Source: Eledone cirrhosa (Eukaryota). Taken from it: a stretch of DNA of 64,000 nucleotides. Made by a program: the position numbers and the translations under genes. Below the pieces are notes generated by a model that saw nothing but the letters and a program-made list of their open reading frames with translations, had not been told where the DNA came from and did no database searches. The stretch lies in the NCBI GenBank assembly GCA_964016885.1, contig OZ024742.1, forward strand, positions 71,362,001 to 71,426,000, given 5' to 3'. Positions 23,211-35,767 of this stretch are shown one piece after another (the stretch's first letter is position 1; the number at the start of each line of letters is the position of its first letter).

Positions 23211-26207
23211 ATAGACGAACTTAAGGATAGGTTTTACGAGTCCCTAATACACACTACTGCTCTAACAGACGACAAGGACTTCCTAATCATTGCAGGAGAT
23301 TTTAACGGACACGTAGGTAAACACTGCGACGGCTTCAATAGAGTACATGGAGGCCATGGAGTTGGCACAAGGAATGAGGAAGGATTCAGACTTCTAGAAT
23401 TCTGCGACGCCAATGACATGTCGATATGTAACACAAACTTTAAAAAACCCGACAACCACCTGATCACCTATAGATCAGGGGAGCACTCTAGTCAGTTAGA
23501 TTTTATCCTCATCAGAGGACGTGACAGATGGACGGTCGTAAACACAAAAGCCTTCCCTAGTGAGGAATGTACATCCCAACATAGCTTAGTTGTCAGCGAC
23601 CTCACGGTCAGAACTAGACGAACCCGGAAACAGAGGCCAACCTGGAGAAGAAAGATCTGGAAGCTGAAAGTCCCCTCAACCAGTAACGGATTTAAAGATA
23701 TTTTACTCAACGCCTACGACAGTAAAGAAGAACAGATAGAGACATTTAACGTAGAAGAGAACTGGGAGTTCCTAAAAAATAACTTACTAGAGGCGACGGA
23801 TGAGGTTTGTGGCTGGAGTAAGACCTCAAGCAGGAGGAGAGTGACTTGGTGGTGGAACAATAAGGTAGATGAAGCAGTCAAGGCCAAGAGACAGGCATGG
23901 AAAGAATGGAAGGAGCAGGGTACATTACATAGAGACCAAGAGGGAAGCTAGGCGACAAGTATACTTAGCTAGGAGGGAAGCAGAGGATAGAAAATTCAAG
24001 CATGTTTTACAACGTGAGGACCAGAAACAGGAGGTATTCAAGATTGCGAGGCAGTGTGTCAGAGATAGTTGTGATGTCATTGGAGAGAAGTGTATCCGGA
24101 ATGATAAAGGTGAGCTTGCCCTCACAAGTGCTGAGAAGAAAGATGCATGGAAGAGTCATTATGATAGATTACTAAATGAGGAGAATGCATGGGAAGAAGA
24201 GACCCTACCCCACGTAGACCCTATAGAGGGACCAGCAGTACAAGTCAGCGGCAGCGTAGTAAGTAAGGCAATCAGAGATATGAAGATAGGGAAGGCAACC
24301 GGTCCATCGGGTATAGCTGCCGAGATGCTGAAGGCATCTGGGTCTGTAGGTCACACTATAACCACACGTATCGTTAACCAGGTAATACTAGAAGGGGCCA
24401 TACCAAAAGATTGGTGCAGTAGCATCATTGTCAACTGCTACAAAGGTAAAGGCGATGCACTAGATAGAGGAAACTATAGAGGTATAAAGTTGATGGACCA
24501 GGTCATGAAAGTAACAGAAAGAGTTATAGCACAGCTGATTAGGGACCGGGTGAATATAGACGAGATGCAATTTGGGTTTGTACCAGGGAAAGGCACCACT
24601 GATGCCCTCTTCCTTGTGAGGCAATTACAGGAAAAGTACCTAGCTAAAAGTAAGCCACTCTACTTGGCATTTGTCGACCTTGAGAAAGCCTTTGACAGAG
24701 TTCCACGTGCAGTAATCTGGTGGGCTCTTAGAAAACTAGGAGTAGATGAATGGCTTGTGAAAGCGGTACAAGCCATGTATAGAGGAGCAGTCAGCAAAGT
24801 TAGGATTAGCAATGAGTATAGCGAGGAATTTAGCGTACAGGTTGGGGTCCACCAGGGCTCTGTTCTTAGCCCTCTCCTGTTCATCAGAAGTCCTGCAGGC
24901 AATAACGGAGGAGTTTAAGATCGGATGCCCATGGGAACTCCTGTATGCTGATGACCTCGCACTCATAGCTGAATCTATGGTAGAACTAGAGAATAAATTC
25001 CAAACCTGGAAGCAGGGACTAGAGAGAAAGGGCCTCAAAGTCAACATGACAAAGACTAAGGTCCTTGTAAGTAGACGAGAAAACAGAACCCAGATCCCCT
25101 CAGGGAAATGGCCTTGCTCAGTATGTAGGAAAGGTGTAGGTAGGAACTCCATTCTCTGCCCCAAATGCAAACAATGGGTACACAAGAGATGTAGCGGGAT
25201 CTCAGGAAGCTTAATTAAGAATGTAGGATTCACATGCAGCAGCTGTGCTGGGACAGCAAGCAAACAGCCACAGGAAACAAGTACCACCAATCTCTGGGAG
25301 GGCCCTGTAGAAACAGTAGACAGCTTCTGCTACCTAGGTGACCGAATTAGCAATGGAGGTGGGTGCTCAGAAAGTACAATAACTAGGGTAAGAACGGGAT
25401 GGAAGAAGTTTAGGGAACTACTACCACTGCTAGCTGCAAAAGGCTTCTCCCTCAGAATGAAAGGCAGACTGTATGATGCGTGTATCCGAACAGCGATGTT
25501 GCATGGTAGTGAGACCTGGGCGCTGAAGGTGGAAGACTTACGTAGATTAGAGAGAAACGAAGCCTGCATGCTCCGATGGATGTGTAACAGTAATATACGT
25601 GAACGACAAAGCATAAAGGAATTGAGAGAGAGACTGAGCATAAGAGGAATCAAATGCTGCGTGCAGGAGAGGCGGTTACGCTGGTATGGACATGTGATGC
25701 GTATGAAGGATGACAGCTGCATAAAAAGGTGCAGAGCACTAGAAGTTGATGGAAACCGCGGAGTGGGGAGACCCAAGATGACTTGGGATGAGGTGATAAA
25801 AGCCGACCTTACCCAATTACACCTCTCAAAGGCAATGACACACGACTGTGACTTCCGGCGTCACGCAGTAATACAGGGTACCCGACCTCCCATGGGTACA
25901 TGCTGAAGCATATAAACAATATGACCCCACTCCCCCCACCGCAAGGTGGTCGTGGAGGTGCCACGGCAAAAAAGCACCCAGCCCACACTGTAAAGTGGAC
26001 GTGTAGGCGCCACGAAAAAGCACCCAGCACTCACTGTAAATGAGGTTGGTGTTAGGAAGGGCATCCAGCTGTAGAAATCAAGCCAGATCAGTTCCTGTAT
26101 GAGCAAGGCATGGTCAGCCGACCAGACACTGCCCACAACAGGACAACCCGTCTAACCCATGCTAGCGTGGAAGAACGGACGTAAAACGGTGATGATGATG
26201 ATGATGA
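23211..26207 (+). mobile_element. RTE LINE family B, longest copy (partial APE endonuclease, RT, PHD-like finger, 3'UTR) with two frameshifts
   Basis: AGDFNGHVG, SQLDFIL, SQHSLV (APE); DLEKAFD, QGSVLSP, YADD (RT); frame breaks near 23920 and 24890; (GAT)n tail. Confidence 0.96.
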
Positions 26208-27654
26208 CACTCTATCTTTCTCTGAAAGAAATCTGCTGTGTTCAGACCTGGAGAGAAGATGGGCTCCACCAGGTTTAAGAATGCCCAAGAAACGCCCCAT
26301 ATGTCATCATGACCCCCTTACAACTCCATCATAAGTTACAGAGCCATACATACATATATTTGAAATCCTGTCATGGTTGATTTTATTTCTTTTTTCACAT
26401 TAATGTTTCAAATATTTCTGTAATGTCCAATATGAATTATCTGGAAAATATATTGTTGGATGCCTCACCTTAATATAAAATATAACAACGGTAATCTAAA
26501 ATTACTATCCTCACTACATCCCCACTCTAAGACTCATGACACACATGTGACTACTCCCCCCATGCTATTAGAGGTCTTTCTTTTCTTCCTACCCATTGCA
26601 CTGTCAAATCCCACAACACTTGCAATATATCCATAACATTATACTTATCTTCCTTCTAGCCCACCCCACAGAGCAAAGAGGGCATTTCAGTTTGGATAAT
26701 AACCGACAACCTCTTTAGTGCTGGTGCCACGAAAATGCACTTGGTACACCCTGAAGGTGGTTTGCGATATGAAGGGTATCCTACTGTAGAAACCAAGCCA
26801 AAAAGGGATGAGAGGACCCTCCAGTTGTGTCAATGGCGCAATAACTTCTCTTGTGTTGGTAATACACAATAAATGCACCCAATACACACTATAAAATAGT
26901 TGGTGATAAAAAGGGCATCCAGCCATAGATAGCTTGCCAAATAAAGGGTTGGGAGGACCCTTCAGTTGTCAAAGACATGACAACCTTTCTAGTGCTAATG
27001 TTATAAAATGCACTTAATAGAGCATGGGACTATATGTAAGCAAGATGCAGACTCTCATCTAATGTGAGAGGTCAGAAGCTCCACTTGAATACTGACTCCT
27101 GTCCAACCCTTGCTAGCAGGGAAAATGGACATTAAATGATGATGATGATGATATTTGTCATATTAAATAAGTTAGCACTTACCATTAGATATACACGTGT
27201 TTTGGGGGTTACAGTGATAGCACGGCACAGAAGCTTTAGCACAAGATAATGGCACAACATAGAAGCTCCTACACATCTGTGATGCTAATAAATTTATACA
27301 AATTTTCAAATGGCAGTTAAACAGGCAGCTGGCTAGCTTACCAGTCATGTGTGAGGCATGGCTGAGTAGTTTAAAAGTTCACTTGGCAATCATAATGTCC
27401 TGGAATCAGTTCCACTCCAGACCATCTTGGTCATGTATCCCCAAGCCTTCTGGGTTGACAGAAACTGTGTAGAAGTCCATCAGATGGACTGTAATTGTAA
27501 TTCAAAAGACCAGCAATGTCATGCCAATTCGGCTTCGGAATTACATTAAGGGTACACATATCTATGGAAAACTCAACCACTTATAGGTTAATTCATGAAT
27601 TGAACACTCGGTTAATTGAAAAACCTAATGCTGATCATTGAAACGAACCGAGAA

Positions 27655-27865
27655 TCAATCAGTGACAGCTCGATCAATAAAGGGTCTATCACTGATTTGC
27701 TAGGTCAATAAAGAGTCTATTACTGATAGCTAGATCAATGATCAATGGAGGCTTGATTAGTGACAGCTAGTTCAATGGATGATCTATCACTGATAGCTAG
27801 ATCAATAGATGATCAATTGGTGACAGCTAGATCAATGGAAAATCAATCAGTGACAGCTAGATCTT
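27655..27865. repeat. Degenerate ~30-bp tandem repeat
   Basis: Recurrent atcagtgacagctagatcaat. Confidence 0.75.
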
Positions 27866-27929
27866 TCTCAGCTGATCTGTATAGTTTGGTCTGAGAAAGC
27901 AGGTCATCAATGCCCATATAGCTATTTAA

Positions 27930-28150
27930 CCCTCTAGCATTTACATTGCTCTATATATACTATTGTATTTTTGTAGTAAAGGCTTTACCTTACAAAATTA
28001 TCTCACATAATATCGAATCTATGAGATTTTGATGTTATTTATTTTGAGAACAATACCTTAACGTCAGAATGAGCAGCCAGTTATGGCCAATTTGAACAGA
28101 AAGATGTGAGAGAATTCTGGCCGGATACAGCTGGTTTAAATGCTAAAGGG
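27930..28150. mobile_element. piggyBac-like MITE
   Basis: TTAA flanks, TIRs ccctctagcattta / taaatgctaaaggg; other copies at 29903-30105 and near 60210-60406. Confidence 0.75.
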
Positions 28151-28685
28151 TTAACTTTAAATTTTCAAGCATAATTTTATATGAAAACCATATGTTAAGT
28201 TACTATCTTAGTAATGAGAAATAATTTTAGTAAATCCCTCAACATTTTTCATTATTGAAAATAGATTGTATTTTATTAGAAATTTGATCACAAAAAGGTT
28301 AATTCTATAAACCCCACAGATACATTTCTTTCCAAGCAGTTGTTTGTCTCTAAATTATGGTGTTATGCTAATCTCTGATAAGAGACACATTTTTTCCTGG
28401 CTAGGATTTCAGCCAGGTCACAGTAAAGGTCTGATAACTAATCTTTAGCTAGGTGTGAAAAGTGAGTTCAGTTGGTTAAAATTTCTTACTAATCATAAAA
28501 TATTAAATGACTGTAACAGATATGAACTTGAGATTCATTAGTTGTTAGCACACAGTTATAGGTCGATGGGTGTATTCTAAAGACTATGGGCAGATTCTTT
28601 TTAATCATAACTCTTTTATGTTTTGTGAAAAGACACAATTTTAGGGAATAAAATGAGTGATTTTTTTTCATCCATTCAGGGTTAA

Positions 28686-29053
28686 CTCTTTTGATACTAA
28701 ACCAGCTCTGGTTCTACAATTTATCTAAAAACTTTCCATAATAATTTTATATAAAAAACTTTGTTATTATCAAAAGACCAGCTTAATAATTGTTTCTACT
28801 TTTGGCACAAGGCCAGCAATTTCCCAGTACATTACTGGTACTTTATTTTATCGACCCCGTAAGGATGAAAGGCAAAGTTAACCTCGGTGGGATTTGAACT
28901 CAGATTGTAAAGGGACGTAACTATGCTGGAAAGCATGTCCGACCCTCTACCGATACTGCTAATTCAATACTAAATACCTCCAAATGCTTTATTAACTAAA
29001 AAATTATTTGAAAAGCTTTGGCAGTATTTTTTATTAGAAATATAACAAAAAGG
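28686..29053. mobile_element. Second TTAA-flanked MITE family with a nested SINE
   Basis: ttaa-ctcttttgatac ... ataacaaaaagg-ttaa; related segments near 22760, 30710-31310, 38480-38708, 62460-62678. Confidence 0.55.
28786..28962 (-). mobile_element. Meta-domain-like tRNA SINE
   Basis: Matches 38985-39172 in reverse. Confidence 0.88.
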
Positions 29054-29340
29054 TTAAAGTCAGTAATATACTATCAATTCAATATACTATCAATTCAATC
29101 AACATCACTTATTTTTTATTCCCTCTCAAGTGGTGGTAATAGAAGGATCATCATCTAAATTGAACAAAGCACTGAGTTCAAACCCCACCTTCTGTTACTA
29201 GAAACACGATAACATAGTAAGAGTGTGGCTCCCATCATTAAAACACTCTGGAAACAACCAATGCAATGCAACCTCATAGAAGTCTGCAAAACTTACACAA
29301 TTGTGAGCCTCAACATCACATACACATAAACTGCTTACAG

Positions 29341-29396
<56 letters not shown>

Positions 29397-29404
29397 GTAG
29401 TGAG

Positions 29405-29530
29405 CCATACCAGGAACGTATGTTGGTCTGGTTCACTTCCACCGTCAAAGGTTAAAAAAGTTGATCCTCCAGGCCAACGAAATGTATATTGCCGGTATGT
29501 TTCTTTTGTAGTAACTGGCCTTAATAATTA
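29405..29530. repeat. Shorter relative of the 12427-12678 hairpin
   Basis: Shares gccataccagg(a/t)acgtatg and aacgaaa..ggtatg..gtagtaactggcc..taataatt. Confidence 0.6.
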
Positions 29531-29902
29531 TATATATATATATCCATGCATATACACACAATTCAATCTTATAACGAATAAAGAAAGCAATAAAAAAGGT
29601 ATTTTTCTTTTTCATGCTCACCTGGCATCAAACTACCCCTGGCTGTTGATAACATATCTGCTGCACCTGTTATTGCTATCCAAGTTTTCTCCAACTATCA
29701 GTTTTTCAAAGTTGCCTCACTTCCCTTGCCTGTTTTCCTACTATTGCACATTTCTACCCATTCTTCTTTCCTTCCTTCTTTCTTTATACTGTTGGATGGC
29801 ATGGTGGAGTTGCTAAGCACTATTTAACTCTTTTGTGGCTGGTTTTTTAATTAAATACACTATTTCAATTAATTAATAAATAATTTGAAGGAATTTACTT
29901 AA

Positions 29903-30105
29903 CCCTTTAGCATTTAAACCGGCTGTATCTGGCTAGAATTCTCTCACCTCTTTTTGCTCAAACTGACTGTAACTGGCTGCTCATACTGATGTTATGGTAT
30001 TGTTCTCAAAATAAATATCAGAATCTCGTAGATTTGATATTATGTGAGGTAGCCTTTCCTGTTAAAATATAATAGTAAATATAGAATAATGTAAATGTTA
30101 AAGAG
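29903..30105. mobile_element. piggyBac-like MITE (inverse orientation of the 27930 copy)
   Basis: ttaa-ccctttagcattta ... taaatgttaaagag. Confidence 0.72.
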
Positions 30106-31695
30106 TTACAACAATATTTGTAAGATAAACTTAATAAAAGGTTCTTATATCAAATTATGTTGGGAGAAGTGAACAGCCAATTTTATATAATAAAACTTGA
30201 GGAAGTTTTGGGTGAGGTACTTGTTTCTGGGAGTAGTTGAAAGTGAGATAATTTTGTATAGGGAGGGAGAGACAGCAAATTAAAGAGCGAAGAGGCAGAA
30301 TGAGAGAAAGAGAGAGAACAGTAAAATACAGGTCAGAAGTAAGATTTCAATGTTACGTAAGAATAAAAGGAAAAGTATTATTAAGTTAGAGAAAAAACAG
30401 TCTGCGTGCATGTGAGTGTGTATGTGTGTGCACATGTGTGTATGCATGTATGTGTATGAGATATTTATATATTAAAAAGTTCAAATTATGATAATTTGTT
30501 GGAAATATTTTCAAGAGAATGTATAAATAACACCAATGACGATGCAGTAAAAAAAAATAGTTTCATTCCAGATTTTTTAGCACCTACGTAGAATTCGAAG
30601 TTGGTGAAAATCGACACAATATTGACCTTGAATATAAGTTGACCACCCATTTTATTATAAATTTTTTTTTGTCATATTTCTTGGCTTATATATGTATATA
30701 TACATGGTGACCCTTTTGAGACTAGCCCGCTTGAAACTGCTTCTGGTTCTATGATACTGAGCTGTTTTAAAGTGTTTATTTGTCTTAAAAATCTTTCATC
30801 ATGATTAAAAAAAAAAACCCCTTTAAGTTATGTTCCAGAAATCAACTTAATAATGAAAAGGTTAGTTATATAAATAAATCTTTCCAAATTGTTGATCATT
30901 TTCTCAATTTTTAAAAAATTTATAGGCCTTTTTTTTTTTTTTTTGTAACAATGGTAATGGGTGAATAGTTGGTTAGAGCATTGGATAGAATGCTTTGCAG
31001 TATTTGTTCCAGCTTTTTGCACTCTGAGTTCAAATCATGCTGAGGTCAACTTTACCATTCATTCTTTTGAGGTTGATAAAAAAAGTACCAGTTCAATACT
31101 GAAACAATTCTTCCTCTATATCTCTTTTTTACTTCGTCTCTGTCACATTTTCTCCTTTGCTGGAAGAAATTGGCTGTGTTCAGACCTGGAAAGAGATGGG
31201 CTCCACCAGGTTTAAAAATAGAATAATACCCGAGAAACTCTCAATGTCACTATGACTCTCCTATAACACCACCAAGAGTTATGGTTCTATACATTCATAA
31301 CAAAAGGGTTAAAAAAGATATATGGCACTCTCAAATTATTTTTGTTTTATGAATGAATTCTGGTCAGTGAAGGTTCTGTTGTAGTATTCATCATATAGGC
31401 TGGAGTGTAATTTTGGAACTGACTATCTCATTGATGAAGAAGAGCATGTTACATTGTATGGTTTGTGGTTTGGCTAATCAATAAATTGATTTTCTTTTTC
31501 CTTTATTTGTGCTGGTCTCTACTAACAGAATTATTTTACTGTTTCTCAGTCAAGCAGTTCTTGGGAAGAATGTAGTGTGAAACATTTATATAAATATTGC
31601 CATTAAAATAAGGATCCATGATTTAAACATCTATATATTAGTTGATTCTTGTCTGGTCTCTTTCATGAAAAAAGGGAACAAAAGCAAATACTCAC

Positions 31696-31721
31696 CCTGC
31701 TTATTTCCTTTGCTATCATAA
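31696..31721 (-). CDS. Candidate 26-nt micro-exon (YDSKGNKQG)
   Basis: ccacag| acceptor and G|GTGAGT donor; no homology evidence. Confidence 0.25.
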
Positions 31722-32358
31722 CTGTGGTTTGACAGGGTAGAGGTGATTGTTGAGGTAATAGGGGTCGTTGTTGAGGTAGTGGTGTTGGCAGTTGTGGTTG
31801 GTTTGGAAAGTTAGTGGTGATTGTTTAAGTAGTGGTGTTGACAGTGGTGGTTGTTTAGATAATGGTGTTAGCAGTAGGGGCTGTTGAGGTAGTGGCAAGA
31901 ATGTTGGCAGTAGTGGTTGCTTGGTAGGGTAGTGGTGTTGGCAGTAGTGATTGTTGAGGTAGTGGTGTTGGCAGTAGTGATTGTTAAGGTAGTGGTAATG
32001 GTGGTTGTTTAGAACATGGTTTTGGCAGCAGCAGTAGTAGTAGTTGTTGAGGTAGTGGTGGTTATTTAAGTAGTGGTATTAGCTGTTATCCCTTACAGGG
32101 TCTAAATGTTTGTGTTTCTTTATTTTCTTATTAAAAGAAAACAAAAATCTTGTGTTTGCCTTTCTGGTATGGGGAATATCTTAGTGGTGGTAGTGGTGAT
32201 AATGATGATAGTAGTAGTATTGGTGGTAGTGATAGTGGTGTTTATGATGTGGTGGGTAGAATTGTGATGGTGGCAGCTGTGATGATGATAATGATGCTAT
32301 TCTAAGATGATATTTAGTTAATGGTTGAAATATGTAAAAAGGGCTATATATGTGTATG

Positions 32359-32389
<31 letters not shown>

Positions 32390-32391
<2 letters not shown>

Positions 32392-32943
32392 CATCATCAT
32401 CATCACCGTTTTACGTCCGTTCTTCCACGCTAGCATGGGTTAGACGGGTTGTCCTGTTGTGGGCAGTGTCTGGTCGGCTGACCATGCCTTGCTCATACAG
32501 GAACTGATCTGGCTTGATTTCTACAGCTGGATGCCCTTCCTAACACCAACCTCATTTACAGTGAGTGCTGGGTGCTTTTTCGTGGCGCCTACACGTCCAC
32601 TTTACAGTGTGGGCTGGGTGCTTTTTTGCCGTGGCACCTCCACGACCACCTTGCGGTGGGGGGCATATTGTTTATATGCTTCAGCATGTACCCATGGGAG
32701 GTCGGGTACCCTGTATTACTGCGTGACGCCAGAAGTCACGGTCGTGTGTCATTGACTTTGAGAGGTGTAGTTGGGTAAGGTCGGCTTTTATCACCTCATC
32801 CCAAGTCATCTTGGGTCTCCCCACTCCGCGGTTTCCATCAACTTCTAGTGCTCTGCACCTTTTTATGCAGCTGTCATCCTTCATACGCATCACATGTCCA
32901 TACCAGCGTAACCGCCTCTCCTGCACGCAGCATTTGATTCCTC
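32390..32943 (-). mobile_element. RTE family B 3' fragment
   Basis: [12 protein letters not shown]...GTRPPMGTC*, 3'UTR, (GAT)n. Confidence 0.93.
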
Positions 32944-32964
32944 ATATATATATATATATATGAG

Positions 32965-34810
32965 CATGCCAGCCAGATATACTTTATACTCACCAGAATA
33001 TGAGATAGAGTGACAGTTGTAAATACACAGTCCCTCCCTGGTGAAGAATGCACCTCCCAACATAACCTAGTTGTTAGTGACCTTATGATGAAGGCTAGAC
33101 GATCTCGACAAGAGAAAGGACAACCGAGAATAGAAGAATATGGAAGTTAAAGGACTCTGCAGCTAGAAACAAATTTAGAGGTATGTTGCTTGATGCTTTT
33201 GACAGTAAAGAGAAGCAAATAGAGACCTATAATATTGAGGAGCAGTGGGAGTTCCTGTAAGATATCTTATTGAAAGTGACAAATGAAAGCTGTGGTTGGA
33301 GCAGGTCTCTCGGGAGAAGGAGAGTGAATTGGTGATGAAACAGCAGGGTGGAGGAGAGAATTAAAGCCAAAAGACAGGTGGGGGAAGTAGAGAACACAAC
33401 CAGGATGCTAGGAGAGCAGCTTGGCGACAGGTACACTTTGCAAGATGGGAAGCAGAAAATAAATTTAAACATGTTCTGCAGCATGAGGACCAAAGACGTG
33501 AGATATTCAGGATTGTGAGGTAGTGTATCGGGGAAAATTGTGATGTAGACAGAGAGAAGTATGTCTGAGATGATAATGTTGTACTTGCACTCACTGTTGC
33601 TAAATTCCAAACTTGGAAGCATGCCTAGTAAGTAAAAATAAAAACGGGGTCCAGATTCCCTCAACGAAATTGCCTCACTCAGTGTGCTGGAAAGGAGTAG
33701 GTATAAATTCCATCCTCTATCCCAAATGCAAATTATACACGAGATGTAATGGGATTTCAGGTAGGCTAGTAAAGAACATAGGTTTTATATGTGGTAATTG
33801 CACAGGTGCCCTAAGTAGCAAAAGCCAACAGGAGACTCTTTTAAATGCCCAGAGGATTCAGTAGATGTAGTGGCTAGTTTCTGTTACCTGGGTGACCAAA
33901 TTAGCAGTGGAGGTGGGTGTTCCGAAATTATTGAGGCCAGAGTGAGAACAGGAGGAAGAAAGTTCAGGGAGCTACTACCGCTGCTAACTATAAAAGGTTT
34001 TTCCTTCAAAATGAATGGGGGATTGTATGATGCATGTATATGAACAGCAGTATTGCATGGTAGTAAGACCTAGGCACTGTGTGCTGAGGACCTGCAAAGA
34101 TTGGAAAGTAATGAAGCTGGCATGCTTCGGTGGATGTGTAATAGTAATATACATGAACAGCAAAGCATAAATGAACTGAGAAACTAGGAATAAGAGGCAT
34201 CAGATGCAGTGTGCAGGAGAGGAGATTGCACTGCTATGGACATGATGTGTATGGAGGAGGACAGTTGTATAGTACAGGGCACTCAAAGTTGATGGAAGCT
34301 ATGGAGTAGGGAGATTTGGGATGAGGTGATAAACGCTGACTTTGCACAATTGCACCTCTCGAGGGCAATGCCACAGGATCGAGATCTCTAGCGTTATGCA
34401 GTTATACAGAAGACCTGCCTTCCTATGTGCACGGGTTGAAGCATGCATCTTGTATGCACTACTTTCTCCCCCTTCTATCACCCAGCCTTCATCTACGTCC
34501 CTCCCATGTCTTAATGCTCAGTCCACACTGTAAAGTGGTTATATAGGTGTCACAACAAAAGCGCCTAGTCCATACTGTAAAGTGGTCATGTAGGTGTCAC
34601 AGCAAAAGCACCCAGTCCATACTGTAAAGTAGTTGTGTAGGTGCCATGACAAAAAGCACCCAGACTACACTGTAAATTTGGTTGACATGAGGAAGGGAAT
34701 CCAGCCATAGAAACCAAGCCAGAAACAGTTCTGTATGAGCAAGACACAGTCATCTGATCTGCCTTGTCTCAGCGGGACAAGTTGTCTAACCATTGTTAGC
34801 ATGGAAAAAC
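32965..34810 (+). mobile_element. Old, decayed RTE copy with a large internal deletion
   Basis: Colinear similarity to the APE end, PHD region, C-terminus and 3'UTR of family B, with many stops. Confidence 0.85.
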
Positions 34811-34822
34811 TACTTTGAGCGC

Positions 34823-35667
34823 TCAGCACCTTTTTATACAGCTGTCATCCTTCATATGCATCACATGTCCATACCAGTACAATCTCCTCTCCTGCTCACT
34901 GCATCTGATTCCTCTTATGCCTAGTTTCTCTCTCAGTTCGTTTGTTTTGCCTTTCACATAAATTACTATAGCACATCCAACAGAGCATGCAGGCTTAATT
35001 TCTTTCCAATATATGCAAGTCTTCTGCATCCTGTTCTGACTCTGGCTACAGTACTTTCAGAACACCTACTTCTGCTGCTAATTTGGTCACCTAGGTAGCA
35101 GAAGTTGTCTACCAAACCTTCCAGGAATTTAATAGTGCCTGTTTCCTGTCGTTGTTTGCTTCTCACTGCCCCGATGCAGCGGCTACATGTAGAACCTATA
35201 TTTTTAGTTAGACTTTCCAAGATCCCACTACGTCTCTTGTGTACCCATGTACCCATATTTTGTATTTGGGACAGAGGATGAAATTTTTACCTCCACCTTT
35301 TCTACACACTCAGCAAGACCATTTCCCTGAGGGGATCAGGGCTCTGTTTTCTCTTCTATTTACTAGGACTGTAGTCTTTGGCAGGTTGAATTTAAGACCC
35401 CTATACTTTGATCTTAGCCAAAAGGCTAAGATCAAAGTGTAGATCAGGTTGATTTTAAGACCCCTTGTTTCTAGGCCCTGCTTCCATGTTTGGAATTTCT
35501 TTTCTAGTTCCACCATAGACTCTGCAATGAGTGTAAGAGCATCTGGGTACAAGAGTTCCCATGGCCAGTTGGTCTTAAACTCCTGTTATAGCCTGCAGTA
35601 CAATAATAAACAGAAAAGAGCTCTGGTGGATGCCAACCTGCACACTAAATTCCTTGCTATAGTCATT
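34823..35667 (-). mobile_element. Old, decayed RTE fragment
   Basis: LTLIAESMVELEKKFQTWKQGLE, WVHKRRSG, RRLYWYGHVM. Confidence 0.85.
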
Positions 35668-35729
35668 GTATATCTATGTATATATATATGTGTATATGTC
35701 GTGTATGTATGCATATATATGTGTGTATG

Positions 35730-35767
<38 letters not shown>

